A stretch of DNA of 64,000 nt, taken from contig OZ244170.1 of NCBI GenBank assembly GCA_965216565.1, positions 768,001 through 832,000 of the forward strand. Direction: 5' to 3'. The position numbers were made by a program, and so were the translations under genes. Under the pieces are notes generated by a model. It saw only the letters and a list, made by a program, of their open reading frames with translations. It searched no databases and was not told where the DNA came from. Origin of the DNA: Bythopirellula sp. (GTDB lineage: Bacteria > Planctomycetota > Planctomycetia > Pirellulales > Lacipirellulaceae). Positions 11,127 to 20,723 of the stretch are shown piece by piece; position 1 is the stretch's first letter; the number at the start of each line of letters is the position of its first letter.

Positions 11127-11553
11127 GAACTTCTAGATGGACGATCACTCATCGGAATCGGAGAAACTGTCAAACAAGTCGAAATTTCGACTGCGGATCT
11201 TGCCAGTCGGCTTTCTGTTGGCAATGGGCAGTATCGTTTTTGTAATCAGCATGTTTGGCATTTTCCAGATGGCCTTCACGACTTGGACCGGAATGCCACT
11301 TTACGTTGGAGGGCCAGTAGGCTTTCAGAAGTATCAAACTCTGGCGTCTGTTTGGTTCATCAATACAGGCGGCCTACTCGTTATTGCGGGACTGCTCTTA
11401 GAAAAAGGAAATTGGAAGAGTGCCCTAGTAATAGTTGCTCTGGTATTGCTGGCCGGAGTTATTCTGGAGAATACGGTGTTTGATCTGGGCAGATAGTTCA
11501 GGCGTCATCTTCTCCGATCGCGCTGCGGAACTGATGCGGAAGTAGGAACTTCT
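11106..11553 (+). repeat. 29-bp identical direct repeat (11106-11134 and 11525-11553) flanking a small gene
   Basis: GCGGAACTGATGCGGAAGTAGGAACTTCT occurs twice. Similarity extends to ~40 bp with 2 mismatches. Confidence 0.92.
11137..11496 (+). CDS. Small hypothetical membrane protein (3 TM)
   Basis: 119-aa hydrophobic ORF with lower GC than its neighbours. Confidence 0.7.
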   Translation: MDDHSSESEKLSNKSKFRLRILPVGFLLAMGSIVFVISMFGIFQMAFTTWTGMPLYVGGPVGFQKYQTLASVWFINTGGLLVIAGLLLEKGNWKSALVIVALVLLAGVILENTVFDLGR

Positions 11554-11606
11554 TCTCTCTTGAGTCTTTGAAAGCGATAGACAGCCAACGTATAGAGTTG
11601 ATCGCC

Positions 11607-11693
11607 TAGCCGGAGGCACACCTGCCTCCGGAGTGCTTTCTGAGTGCCTTGGTTCGCGTGCTTAGTGCCTTGGATCGCGTGGCGATCCGGCTA
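11607..11693. repeat. Palindromic element family A, copy 2
   Basis: TAGCCGGAGGCACACCTGCCTCCGG...TCCGGCTA with an internal ~18-bp duplication. Confidence 0.8.
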
Positions 11694-11719
11694 GGTTGTT
11701 GGTTCACTTTCCGAAAGCG

Positions 11720-13345
11720 CTACCGTCGTACGGTGGCCTCGACCTGTGTGATGCGTCCCGCTGTGACGTGGGAGCGACGGTACTGGGTCATATAGCCACG
11801 CGAACCATTGATGCCCACGCGACGTCCCACATAGGGTTTGAGATTTAGGTCTGGCGTGGGAGTGACGAACGACACAACATCGCCTCGGTCGTCGACGAGC
11901 GCGTATTGCGGGGCCCCTTCGCGGCGCGAGACAACGGGTTTCAACCGGCCCACGGCATCGTACTTCGATTCGTCCACTTCTTTGGCATTGCGCGAAATGG
12001 CATCGCCGGTTCCAGTCTCCAGATCGGAGCGAACTCGATCTCTGACTCCCGCCACTAGCTCCGCCATGGGCTCGACAGGAGCTCCCAAAGTTGGCACGGG
12101 ATAGTCTTCCTCAGCTTCCGCAGAGTCAGACAAGGTCGAGGGTTGCTGAGCCAATTGCGAACTGCCTCCGGCTGAGTACCCAGCTCGAATGCGGCGAAAA
12201 CGAACAATGCGTTCGATCACGTCGCGGATTTCGGCTCGTGCGTCTGACGACTGGACTTCTTTGAGCAAGGTTTCAGCCTCTGAACTGATCTGGTCGAATT
12301 GCCATGTTGTCGGAGGCTGACTCACGATTTGTGAGAGGCGTAATTGAAGTTCAACGATGCGCTCCTGATCGTCGACGCTCATCGATTTGGCAGTTTGTGG
12401 GGCGGAAGCCGTGGTTTGGGAATCGCCAAATTGTACTCGGGGAATCCCGGAAGTTGCTGCGTGCGTTTCGCTTGAGCCTACCGTCGAAGATGGCGACTGC
12501 AAGCCGGGCGTGGGTGTGGTGTACGGCTGTTGCAGCAATCCAGGAGCTTGGACGGCATGCGCTTGACGTTGAAATTGGGCCAGTTGCAATTCCGCAGGCG
12601 AACCGGCAACGATTTCAACATGACCGCCTCCACCTGTAGTTAATGGTGTTGCCTGAAATACCGCGTTGTTGCTCATGGCTTGATTGGCACCACGCAGGTG
12701 GTCGAAGGCATTGCCGGAGGAAGTGGACGTAGTTACTGGCGGGGGCGTGCTCGATTCCATTTGTTCACCAGGAAACCGTGCGCGAGACCATTTGCCCTTA
12801 GAGGTGCTTGTCAATGCCGGCGCAGTCACTTCCATCGGTGCCTGGCGTCCTAAGTCGTTGGCAGCGATCCAGCGGAACTCTCCCGCTGGAGGCACAACCC
12901 GTAACCAGTTCGGATCGTCTGAGGGCTGGCCAGGTACCACGCTTACGCGCTCTCCCTTGCGTAACATGACTTGCACGGCACTTCGCGTTGGCGAAAGTGT
13001 ACTGCCCACGCGAGTGACTGTTTTGTCGGCAATCACTTCCGCTGTGTTGTTGCTCAGCAATCGAACTTCGTACGCGGCTACCCAACTGAAGCTGCCTTCC
13101 GGAGGACGAATTGCGCACCAACCTTGTGAGTCGTGCCGATAGATTTCCAGAGCGAAACCTTGGGGTAGCTGCTGGGTGGGATAGTACCTTTGACCCGGTC
13201 CACTGCGGATATACGAATCTTGATGCACCACATAGGCGACGTAGGGAAATGTCTGTTGCGCCGTTAGATCCTGGGTGAAGAGAACCAAGGCGAGCAGGAT
13301 TGTAGCAATTCGTAAAACGAAGCATCGGAGGTCGGACCGGACCAT
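11720..13345 (-). CDS. Secreted protein with tandem SH3b-like domains
   Basis: Signal peptide, YIRSGPGQRYYPT, GWCAIRPPEGSFSWV and WLRVVPPAGEFRWI. Confidence 0.75.
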   Translation of the reverse strand: MVRSDLRCFVLRIATILLALVLFTQDLTAQQTFPYVAYVVHQDSYIRSGPGQRYYPTQQLPQGFALEIYRHDSQGWCAIRPPEGSFSWVAAYEVRLLSNNTAEVIADKTVTRVGSTLSPTRSAVQVMLRKGERVSVVPGQPSDDPNWLRVVPPAGEFRWIAANDLGRQAPMEVTAPALTSTSKGKWSRARFPGEQMESSTPPPVTTSTSSGNAFDHLRGANQAMSNNAVFQATPLTTGGGGHVEIVAGSPAELQLAQFQRQAHAVQAPGLLQQPYTTPTPGLQSPSSTVGSSETHAATSGIPRVQFGDSQTTASAPQTAKSMSVDDQERIVELQLRLSQIVSQPPTTWQFDQISSEAETLLKEVQSSDARAEIRDVIERIVRFRRIRAGYSAGGSSQLAQQPSTLSDSAEAEEDYPVPTLGAPVEPMAELVAGVRDRVRSDLETGTGDAISRNAKEVDESKYDAVGRLKPVVSRREGAPQYALVDDRGDVVSFVTPTPDLNLKPYVGRRVGINGSRGYMTQYRRSHVTAGRITQVEATVRR

Positions 13346-13644
13346 GCGAAGTTTCCTTAATCAGCAGACCGTTGCCGGGCGAAAATGCATCCCGCCGGGC
13401 AGAGAAAAGTAGAGATAGGCGAGGACTTATAGGGAATTCGACCGGTCGGCTCAAGATAAGCACCGCTGCTAGCTCGCAGAACGCTGTCCTGATACGATAA
13501 AAGTATGGTTTGAATTCTGCATAAAGCCTGTCCAGGGGCACCTGGCCCTGCTAGCAGTATTCAGCACACTGGACGACAGAACGCTTTTTCCTCGGAATGG
13601 CCCTAACATCGGTCTGTCTTTTTTCGGAATAGCGGAGGCAACGC

Positions 13645-15501
13645 ATGCAACTCGATCGGCTCGGGCCGTACAAGATCATCAAGCAGATCGGCAAGGGCGG
13701 GATGGGGGCCGTTTACGAAGCCGTCAACGACCGTCCCGGTCCCCAGGAGGGCCGTCGTGTTGCTATCAAAGCCTTGAGCCCGCAAATGGCGGCTGCGGAG
13801 GGCTTTCGTGAACGGTTCGAGTCCGAAATTGTCTCGATGATGCAGTTGAGCCACGAGGGGATCGTCCAAATCTATGGCAAGGGCGAGCAGGATGGCATTT
13901 TGTTCTACTCCATGGAACTTGTGGATGGCACAAGCTTGGAGGAGGAAATCGCTGCAGGTCGTCGGTTCAACTGGCGCGAAACCTTGCGGGTGGGGATTCA
14001 GATTTGCCGTGCTTTGAAGCATGCCCACGATGTGGGTGTGGTACACCGCGACATCAAACCCGCCAACTTGTTACTCACGTCGGATGGGAGAGTGAAGATC
14101 GCGGATTTTGGCATCGCGAGATTTTTTCACAATACGCAACTAACGACGGCCGGCGGTGTACTGGGGACGGCTGACTACATGTCTCCCGAGCAGGCAGACG
14201 GCAGGCAGGTCACGGAAAAGTGCGATCAGTATAGCTTGGGTGGCGTGATGTATGCCCTGTTAGCTGGCCGACCACCGTTCCAAGCCAAAACGATGCCGGA
14301 GATGTTGCAACTGCAACGTTTTGCCGAGCCAGAACCGGTCCGTCGCTACGCTAGTGACACTCCCGATCAACTCAACAAACTTATCGCACAGCTCTTGGCC
14401 AAAGAGCCGGAGGACCGATTTCCAAATGTGATGGTTCTCGGTCGCCACATGGAAGCCATGGAGAAGGCCCTTTCCAGAGATACGAAAGGCAAATCGGCAG
14501 AGCCTCAGAGCCCCGACCATCCTCAGAAGCCAACTGCGGAGTTTAGCGGCCAGAAGACACGTGCCGTCGACAACCCGGCTATCGATATGGACGAGACAAA
14601 GTCGGAGCCCATTTCGACGGACATTTATGATGCTGCGACGCTCGATGTTCCGGCTGACGGCGATGATCCCTACGCAACGATTTCCGATGTGCCTTTGACT
14701 CACGAGCCGTTGCGCTCGACGTTTACAACGATCGCAGAAGAAAAGCGGCGTCAGCAAAATGAGGGGGCCAACGTTAACTGGGGGCTCTATGCACAGTTTC
14801 TCTTGCTAGTGTTGCTATTAACAACCATGGTTTGGGGCGGATGGCAGCTCATGAAGCCGCACTCTGCGGATGATCTTTTTGCGATTATCACCCAGGCCGT
14901 TGAGGAGGAAGGCAACGATGGCCTACGAGATGTGTCACGCGAACTCGAAGATTTTCAAGATCGTTTTTCGGAGGACCCCCGTAATCAGGAACTGGATGTC
15001 TATCGCAAGCGACTGGAATTCTTGCGATTCGAACGGCAGGCTCGCGCCAAATCAAGAGTCGGTGGCAGCGATGCCGCAAGTCCTGTTGGACGTGTGTATC
15101 TCGATGCGATGCAACTGGCCGAGGGTTCACCAACCGAAGCATTGCAGACGCTTGAGGCAGTGGTTCAGCTATTCGATCCATTGAATCAAGTTCGTCAGGG
15201 AGATCCAACTTCGAATACCTCCAACACGGAATTGAGCAAGACAGACCGACGTTGGTTACTCCTGGCTCGCCAGAGAATTGTTGAGCTTCGAAATCAGCTC
15301 AGCGACGATGCCAAGCAGCAACTGCCTGCTGTGAGAGAACGACTCGCCGCAGCTGCTACGATGAGTGAATCGGATCCAGCCGAGGCGCAAGAAATGTATC
15401 AAGCCATCATTCAGATTTACGGCAATGAACCTTGGGCCAGCGAGATTGTCTCGCAAGCGCGAGCAGCCATCGGCAAGCCGGACGAAGAAGCGTCTCCTTA
15501 A
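13645..15501 (+). CDS. Membrane Ser/Thr protein kinase (Hanks type)
   Basis: IGKGGMGAVY, VAIK, HRDIKPAN, DFG and GTADYMSPEQ motifs, plus a central TM helix. Confidence 0.95.
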   Translation: MQLDRLGPYKIIKQIGKGGMGAVYEAVNDRPGPQEGRRVAIKALSPQMAAAEGFRERFESEIVSMMQLSHEGIVQIYGKGEQDGILFYSMELVDGTSLEEEIAAGRRFNWRETLRVGIQICRALKHAHDVGVVHRDIKPANLLLTSDGRVKIADFGIARFFHNTQLTTAGGVLGTADYMSPEQADGRQVTEKCDQYSLGGVMYALLAGRPPFQAKTMPEMLQLQRFAEPEPVRRYASDTPDQLNKLIAQLLAKEPEDRFPNVMVLGRHMEAMEKALSRDTKGKSAEPQSPDHPQKPTAEFSGQKTRAVDNPAIDMDETKSEPISTDIYDAATLDVPADGDDPYATISDVPLTHEPLRSTFTTIAEEKRRQQNEGANVNWGLYAQFLLLVLLLTTMVWGGWQLMKPHSADDLFAIITQAVEEEGNDGLRDVSRELEDFQDRFSEDPRNQELDVYRKRLEFLRFERQARAKSRVGGSDAASPVGRVYLDAMQLAEGSPTEALQTLEAVVQLFDPLNQVRQGDPTSNTSNTELSKTDRRWLLLARQRIVELRNQLSDDAKQQLPAVRERLAAAATMSESDPAEAQEMYQAIIQIYGNEPWASEIVSQARAAIGKPDEEASP

Positions 15502-15535
15502 TCACGAAATAGACTGAACTCGATTGGAAATATCC

Positions 15536-16843
15536 ATGACCGCCACTGAAAAAGGCCTCACTAGCCGTCGACTTAGCGAAACTGCATTCGAAAGGGCACA
15601 GCATCTGATGCCGGGTGGAGTGAACAGCCCGGCTCGCGCATTCGGAGCCGTTGGTGGTACGCCGTTGTTCTTTGATCGAGCTGATGGCGCTTACTTGTTC
15701 GACCTCGATGGCAATCGGTATATCGACTACATCGGCTCCTGGGGGCCAATGATCTTGGGCCATCGTCACCCGGCGGTGATCGCAGCGCTAGAGGAAGCCC
15801 TCACGCGGGGAACCAGTTTCGGCGCCCCAACGGAAGCGGAGAGTGAACTTGCCGAGCGAATTATCGACGCCGTTGAATCCGTGGACAAAGTGCGGCTAGT
15901 CAATTCCGGAACTGAAGCCACGATGAGTGCGATTCGCTTGGCGCGGGGATTTACCGGTCGCGATGTGATTGTGAAGTTTGCGGGGAATTATCATGGGCAT
16001 GTGGATAGCTTGCTCGTAGCGGCGGGTAGCTCTGCAGCCACGCTGGGCACGCCCAGTTCGCCGGGCGTCACCGCCGGCACTGCTCAAGATACTTTGGTCC
16101 TGGAATACAACGATGTCGCTGGGCTCGAAGAGGCATTCGCAAAACGGGGAGACGAAATCGCGGGCGTTATTCTTGAGCCCGTCGTCGGTAACATGGGCGT
16201 CGTTCGACCGAGCGAGGAATTCTGCACGGCGCTAAATACACTCACCAAGCAGCACGGTGCGCTGCTGATTTGCGACGAGGTGATGAGCGGTTTTCGGGTT
16301 GCCTTGGGCGGAGCTCAGCAACTTCTTGGGTTACGCCCCGACCTGACGACACTGGGAAAGATCGTCGGGGGCGGTTTGCCAGTGGGGGCTTACGGTGGCA
16401 GGCGTGACGTGATGGATCATGTGTTGCCCGCCGGGAAGGTCTTTCAGGCCGGCACGCTCAGTGGCAATCCCCTCGCCACGGCTGCGGGCTGTGCGACGTT
16501 ACAGATGTTGCAGGACGATCCACCGTACGAACGTCTGGAGGCATTGACGGCACGGCTTGAGTCTGGACTGTCCAAAGCCGCTACCGAAGCAGGACTTCCA
16601 CACGGAATATCACGTGTCGGCAGTATGATGACGTTGTTCTTCAACGGCGAAAATGTTAGCGATTGGCCCGCAGCCAGTCGCTGCAACACAGACGCGTTTG
16701 CTAAGTATTTCTGGGGGCTTATCGAGAAGGGCTCCTACATGCCTTGCAGCCAGTACGAAGCGCTATTCGTCTCCGCGGCCCACACCGAGGAGGATATCGA
16801 CACGACGATCGCCGCTGCGAAAGAAGTGTTGGCTACGTTGTAG
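15536..16843 (+). CDS. hemL: Glutamate-1-semialdehyde 2,1-aminomutase
   Basis: MPGGVNSPARAF, YIGSWGP, NSGTEATMSA, GKIVGGGLP and QAGTLSGNP motifs. Confidence 0.97.
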   Translation: MTATEKGLTSRRLSETAFERAQHLMPGGVNSPARAFGAVGGTPLFFDRADGAYLFDLDGNRYIDYIGSWGPMILGHRHPAVIAALEEALTRGTSFGAPTEAESELAERIIDAVESVDKVRLVNSGTEATMSAIRLARGFTGRDVIVKFAGNYHGHVDSLLVAAGSSAATLGTPSSPGVTAGTAQDTLVLEYNDVAGLEEAFAKRGDEIAGVILEPVVGNMGVVRPSEEFCTALNTLTKQHGALLICDEVMSGFRVALGGAQQLLGLRPDLTTLGKIVGGGLPVGAYGGRRDVMDHVLPAGKVFQAGTLSGNPLATAAGCATLQMLQDDPPYERLEALTARLESGLSKAATEAGLPHGISRVGSMMTLFFNGENVSDWPAASRCNTDAFAKYFWGLIEKGSYMPCSQYEALFVSAAHTEEDIDTTIAAAKEVLATL

Positions 16844-16850
16844 CCTTTGG

Positions 16851-18308
16851 CTACCGACGGGCATCGAATGGGTCGCGGTACTTTTCTGGTGTGCGATGCA
16901 TTTCGGTCATGCGATCGAACGCCTCCGCGCTCATCTCGTTACTCTCGCGGAACTCTTTAGCTGCTGGTTCCTCGACAAAGTCGACGGTGCCATGGTGGGC
17001 CACGACTAACTGCCAGATTGTTTTGATCGTCGTTTTAAAGAAGCTCTTGCCATGATTGAATCGGTTCAGTCGCGATTCGTGTAACTGCTCGCGAATCTTG
17101 GTTGCCAATTCTTCTGCATTGGCAGAAGGTACGATCATGTGAATATCGTAGGGAAATGGCACGCAGATGCCGCTGAGTTCTTCGATATGTTCTCGTGGAT
17201 CACCCAGCCGTGTTGAGCCGATGAGAAACACGCCTTCGCCGAAAGAACCAATGTTGGATAGCACGTAAAAGTAGCCAGCAGTCGGTTGATGCATGGGGGC
17301 AGAGGCTTCGCTCATTTTCTGCTCGGCAATCCGCAGCTTTTCCCGCATCTCTACGATCTTAGACTCAGAAGTATTCTCTGAGTCTTTCAAAATCGCGGAC
17401 AAGGAACTGGCAATCGACGATCGCTCCGATTCTGCCTGGCGCATCTCTTGCTCAATTCGCTCAATCACGCGCTGCTCCTCGCGCATCTTGGCTTCTACCT
17501 GCAACCGCTCGTTCTTATATTTGGCTTCCATCATGAACGCCTGGTGGTCCATTTCCAGTTGATGGAGCAACTCGTTTTCGCGATGATTCTTGATTGTGCA
17601 ACCACTTTGTCGGCAGAATTCAATGACTTGTTTCAGCTGGCGACGACTGTCAGGTAAATTGCTGGTGGTGAGATCTTTAGAGATCCGAAACAGCGCTTCA
17701 TCCAACAGCCGGTTTCCGACCGCATCGATGGTTGGCAGTGTTTTTTCAGTTTCCTCCACCCGCTTTTCGACTTTTTGATGGAGCTCTTTTGCTTGTTCCA
17801 CATGCGTTGAGAGAGATTGCTGAATACGACGCTTTTCTTCAGCAACCAGGGCATCGAAGTTCTTTTTGAACCCTTGATTGATCTCCCCTGCCGCCTTGAT
17901 TTTTGAATTGCTGACGAGCAGGGCCCGTTCCGCCTTCTTTTTGTCTAGCTCGGCTCGCGCAAGATTTCGTTTTAGCAGTGCCACAAAGCCCGTGCAGGCC
18001 AAGCCGGCCAGCAGACAAACCACTCCGCCCACAAGTGTGATGGTGGCTAAGTCATTGAAGAACGCCCAAAGCGTTACCAGGCAGCTCAGGATCGCTACCG
18101 CTAGAATTGTCCAGAGAGCCCAATCGATCCAGCCAGGTTGATTTCGTTTCGAAGTCTTTACCGGCGTAGCTGTTGGTTCGTTCGGATAATCGTAGAACTG
18201 CGAACGCTCCTTGCAGGAGGGGCATGCGCAGGGGCTTGCGAAAACGCTTTCGGGCGCCTTCACCTGAGCCCCACAATTTGGGCAGTAGCGAACGACCGTC
18301 GCTTCCAT
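16851..18308 (-). CDS. DUF4041 / T5orf172 (GIY-YIG-like) domain membrane protein with Zn ribbon
   Basis: N-terminal CPNC..CPSC, 2 TM segments, coiled coil and GYFYVLSNIGSFGEGV..VPFPYDIH. Confidence 0.8.
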   Translation of the reverse strand: MEATVVRYCPNCGAQVKAPESVFASPCACPSCKERSQFYDYPNEPTATPVKTSKRNQPGWIDWALWTILAVAILSCLVTLWAFFNDLATITLVGGVVCLLAGLACTGFVALLKRNLARAELDKKKAERALLVSNSKIKAAGEINQGFKKNFDALVAEEKRRIQQSLSTHVEQAKELHQKVEKRVEETEKTLPTIDAVGNRLLDEALFRISKDLTTSNLPDSRRQLKQVIEFCRQSGCTIKNHRENELLHQLEMDHQAFMMEAKYKNERLQVEAKMREEQRVIERIEQEMRQAESERSSIASSLSAILKDSENTSESKIVEMREKLRIAEQKMSEASAPMHQPTAGYFYVLSNIGSFGEGVFLIGSTRLGDPREHIEELSGICVPFPYDIHMIVPSANAEELATKIREQLHESRLNRFNHGKSFFKTTIKTIWQLVVAHHGTVDFVEEPAAKEFRESNEMSAEAFDRMTEMHRTPEKYRDPFDARR

Positions 18309-18474
18309 TTGCTCCCCTAGCAATCAGATAAGTTCTACAGTGCAGTGCCTGATACTCTCGATGCAGAAGCAATATCAGGGCAAAACATGGCTCGAAGCCA
18401 CAACTCACGCGTCACCCTATTGTTACATCGATATTCCTGCGTCGCAACTCGACCTGAAGGGATAGGACATAGGT

Positions 18475-18548
18475 TAGCCGGAGGCACACTTGCCTCCGGG
18501 AGTCGGCGCACCGCCCACCACGGCGGGTAGACAGCGGCGGTCCGGCTA
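18475..18548. repeat. Palindromic element family A, copy 3
   Basis: TAGCCGGAGGCACACTTGCCTCCGGG...GCGGTCCGGCTA. Confidence 0.8.
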
Positions 18549-18549
18549 G

Positions 18550-18583
18550 AAAAAAAGCCCAGGAACCGTTGTTCCTGAGCTTT
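18550..18583 (-). terminator. Probable intrinsic terminator of the CARDB gene
   Basis: GCTCAGGAAC/GTTCCTGGGC stem followed by a T-run on the minus strand. Confidence 0.6.
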
Positions 18584-18611
18584 CGCATTCATCCTTTACT
18601 GTAGTGAGGTG

Positions 18612-19475
18612 CTAGCCATTAAATGTCTTCAGCCGTTTGTTGTTCTGCTCATTCTGTTCCGGTAAGGCATTGCTGGGGTCGACAATCGCTTCGAATTGCA
18701 TTCCGACATCCATCCGCTCGACATTAAATCGAGTGTAGATTCTTTGCCCCGTGTTGATCTGTCTGACACGGCGAACATGGCTTTCCAATCGGTTTCCTGG
18801 ACCAAAATAAGATCGAAGTCTCACCGTGACGGATCTATTGAGGGGGACGGGACCAACATTTTGCACAGCGACCCAGACCTCTTTCTTCGTGCTATCGAAA
18901 CGTATGTTAGAGATTTTCAGGTCAACGGCGCGTTCGGTCTGGTTACCGATTTGCAGCGTGCCGACATTGTTGCGCTCGTTGGGCTCGATAACCTTGTATT
19001 CCGAGTCGATCGTTGCATAGACATTCACCTCATTCAGCGTACCGGTTCGCATCAGCATGTTAACGGATTGTTGGGGCATTAGGCTTCGTACCGGTAGGGC
19101 GCGATCGAGGACGACTCGTCCCGAGTTGTAGTCGCGGACTTGCACTCGTAACTTCGTGGCTGGGGCGGCAGTGCGTCCCATGTTGACTACACGGATTCGT
19201 AGCGAATTGTGATTTTGGCGGACGGAGGTGACTGCCAGGTCGATATGGGGAATCGACTTGTTATTGCTTCGTTCCAGGGTTTCGGCAGACGTCGTCTGTT
19301 GTGAACTGACCTGCTTCGTGGAGATTTTCTTCTTGCTGCCCGCGCTCTGGCTGAGCCCTTTGCGGGTGCGGTTCAATCTTTCGAAGCGGTCGATATTCCC
19401 CGACTGGGCCTGGGCCAGATTGACCAGTGACAGTGCACTCACGAGTACCAACATTGCTTTCGAGGAAGTGTTCAT
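18612..19475 (-). CDS. Secreted protein with two CARDB-like domains
   Basis: DLAV..VVNMG..IDSEYKVIEPNERNN and DLKI..VQNVG..VDPSNALPEQNEQNN. Confidence 0.8.
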   Translation of the reverse strand: MNTSSKAMLVLVSALSLVNLAQAQSGNIDRFERLNRTRKGLSQSAGSKKKISTKQVSSQQTTSAETLERSNNKSIPHIDLAVTSVRQNHNSLRIRVVNMGRTAAPATKLRVQVRDYNSGRVVLDRALPVRSLMPQQSVNMLMRTGTLNEVNVYATIDSEYKVIEPNERNNVGTLQIGNQTERAVDLKISNIRFDSTKKEVWVAVQNVGPVPLNRSVTVRLRSYFGPGNRLESHVRRVRQINTGQRIYTRFNVERMDVGMQFEAIVDPSNALPEQNEQNNKRLKTFNG

Positions 19476-19662
19476 TTCAGTTTCTCCTGGCCGCCTGGGA
19501 CGGCGATTATGGGTTGGGATGCCCAGTTGTGGGGCAATCTTGAGTGGCGGGCTTTAACGCTCGTTGGAGTATTGAGCGAAAGCCGCCGCGGAGTGTTACA
19601 GAAAAACTCAACTAGCTAAGGAGGTTCAGGGGTTCAGCCTTTGTTTTCAGCACCATCAGCCG

Positions 19663-19724
19663 TTGTCATCCCGAGGTCTGCCGAGGGATCTAGCCAGATT
19701 CCTCGGCAGACCTCGGAATGACAA
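19663..19724. repeat. Palindromic element family B
   Basis: TTGTCATCCCGAGGTCTGCCGAGGGATCT / AGATTCCTCGGCAGACCTCGGAATGACAA is a near-perfect inverted repeat. Confidence 0.85.
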
Positions 19725-19828
19725 TCCGCTTTGCACAAGTGCATTTCATTCGAGCTCCCAGACATACTGAGTGCCCTGTGTTATGATTCGAAAGACAAAA
19801 CCTTCTCCGTAATTTTGAGAATGTTGAA

Positions 19829-20569
19829 ATGCCCTCGTACGCTGTTATCCTGCCCGCTGCTGGAAAGAGCAGTCGGTTTCGCGACAAGAATTACAAGAAG
19901 CCCTTCGCCCCCTTGGGTGGTAAGGCGGTGTGGCTGCACGGTGCGGAAAAGTTTCTCAATCGCAGCGACGTCAAACAGTTAATCGTGGCGATCAGTGACG
20001 ACGATCGCGAAGACTTTAATCGTAAGTTTGGGGCGAACCTTGCGGTGCTGGGAGTGGATGTTTGTAGCGGGGGTGCAGAGAGGTCCGATTCCATTCGCAA
20101 CGCGCTGGCAAAAGTGCAGGAGGGCATCGACATGATTGCGGTTCACGATGCCGCCCGGCCCTGCATTGCCGACAAGTGGATCGACGCCGTGTTTGCGGCG
20201 GCGGAAAAGCACGGGGCGGCAATCCTCGGCGTACCGGTAGCGGCGACGCTCAAACAAGTTGGAGCCGGAAAGCAGATCGAGCGAACGGTCGATCGCCGCG
20301 GTCTGTGGGAAGCGCAGACGCCCCAGGTCTTTCGCCGTGAACTTTTGGAGAAGGCCTACGCCACCGGCGACATCCAGTCTGCGACCGACGATGCCAGCCT
20401 CGTCGAACAGTTGGGGCAGCAGGTCGTTGTCGTCGAGGGCTCGCCACTCAACTTGAAAATCACAAGTCGCGACGATCTCAAGCTGGCCGAGCAAGTGCTG
20501 CGTGTCTTACCGAAGCCGAAGCTCGAAGGTGGGGGGAACCCGTTTGCTGGGGATGATCTTTGGCGGTAG
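19829..20569 (+). CDS. ispD: 2-C-methyl-D-erythritol 4-phosphate cytidylyltransferase
   Basis: PAAGKSSRF, GGAERSDS, VHDAARP, AQTPQVF, TDDASL and NLKIT motifs. Confidence 0.96.
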   Translation: MPSYAVILPAAGKSSRFRDKNYKKPFAPLGGKAVWLHGAEKFLNRSDVKQLIVAISDDDREDFNRKFGANLAVLGVDVCSGGAERSDSIRNALAKVQEGIDMIAVHDAARPCIADKWIDAVFAAAEKHGAAILGVPVAATLKQVGAGKQIERTVDRRGLWEAQTPQVFRRELLEKAYATGDIQSATDDASLVEQLGQQVVVVEGSPLNLKITSRDDLKLAEQVLRVLPKPKLEGGGNPFAGDDLWR

Positions 20570-20570
20570 G

Positions 20571-20721
20571 AGCGGAGAGCAGAGAGCGGAGAGCTGAGAG
20601 CTGAGAGCTGAAAGCTGACCGCTACGAGTAGGCAATTTCGGATATCGGATATCGGATTTGCTAAGTAGAATGCCCTTCCCTATTTGGTAAATCCGCAATC
20701 TGAAATCCGCATTCCAAAATC
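20571..20721. repeat. Intergenic 7-mer tandem repeats (AGCTGAG-type; TCGGATW / AATCCGC inverted arrays)
   Basis: Heptamer arrays visible between ispD and tyrS. Confidence 0.75.
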
Positions 20722-20723
20722 CT

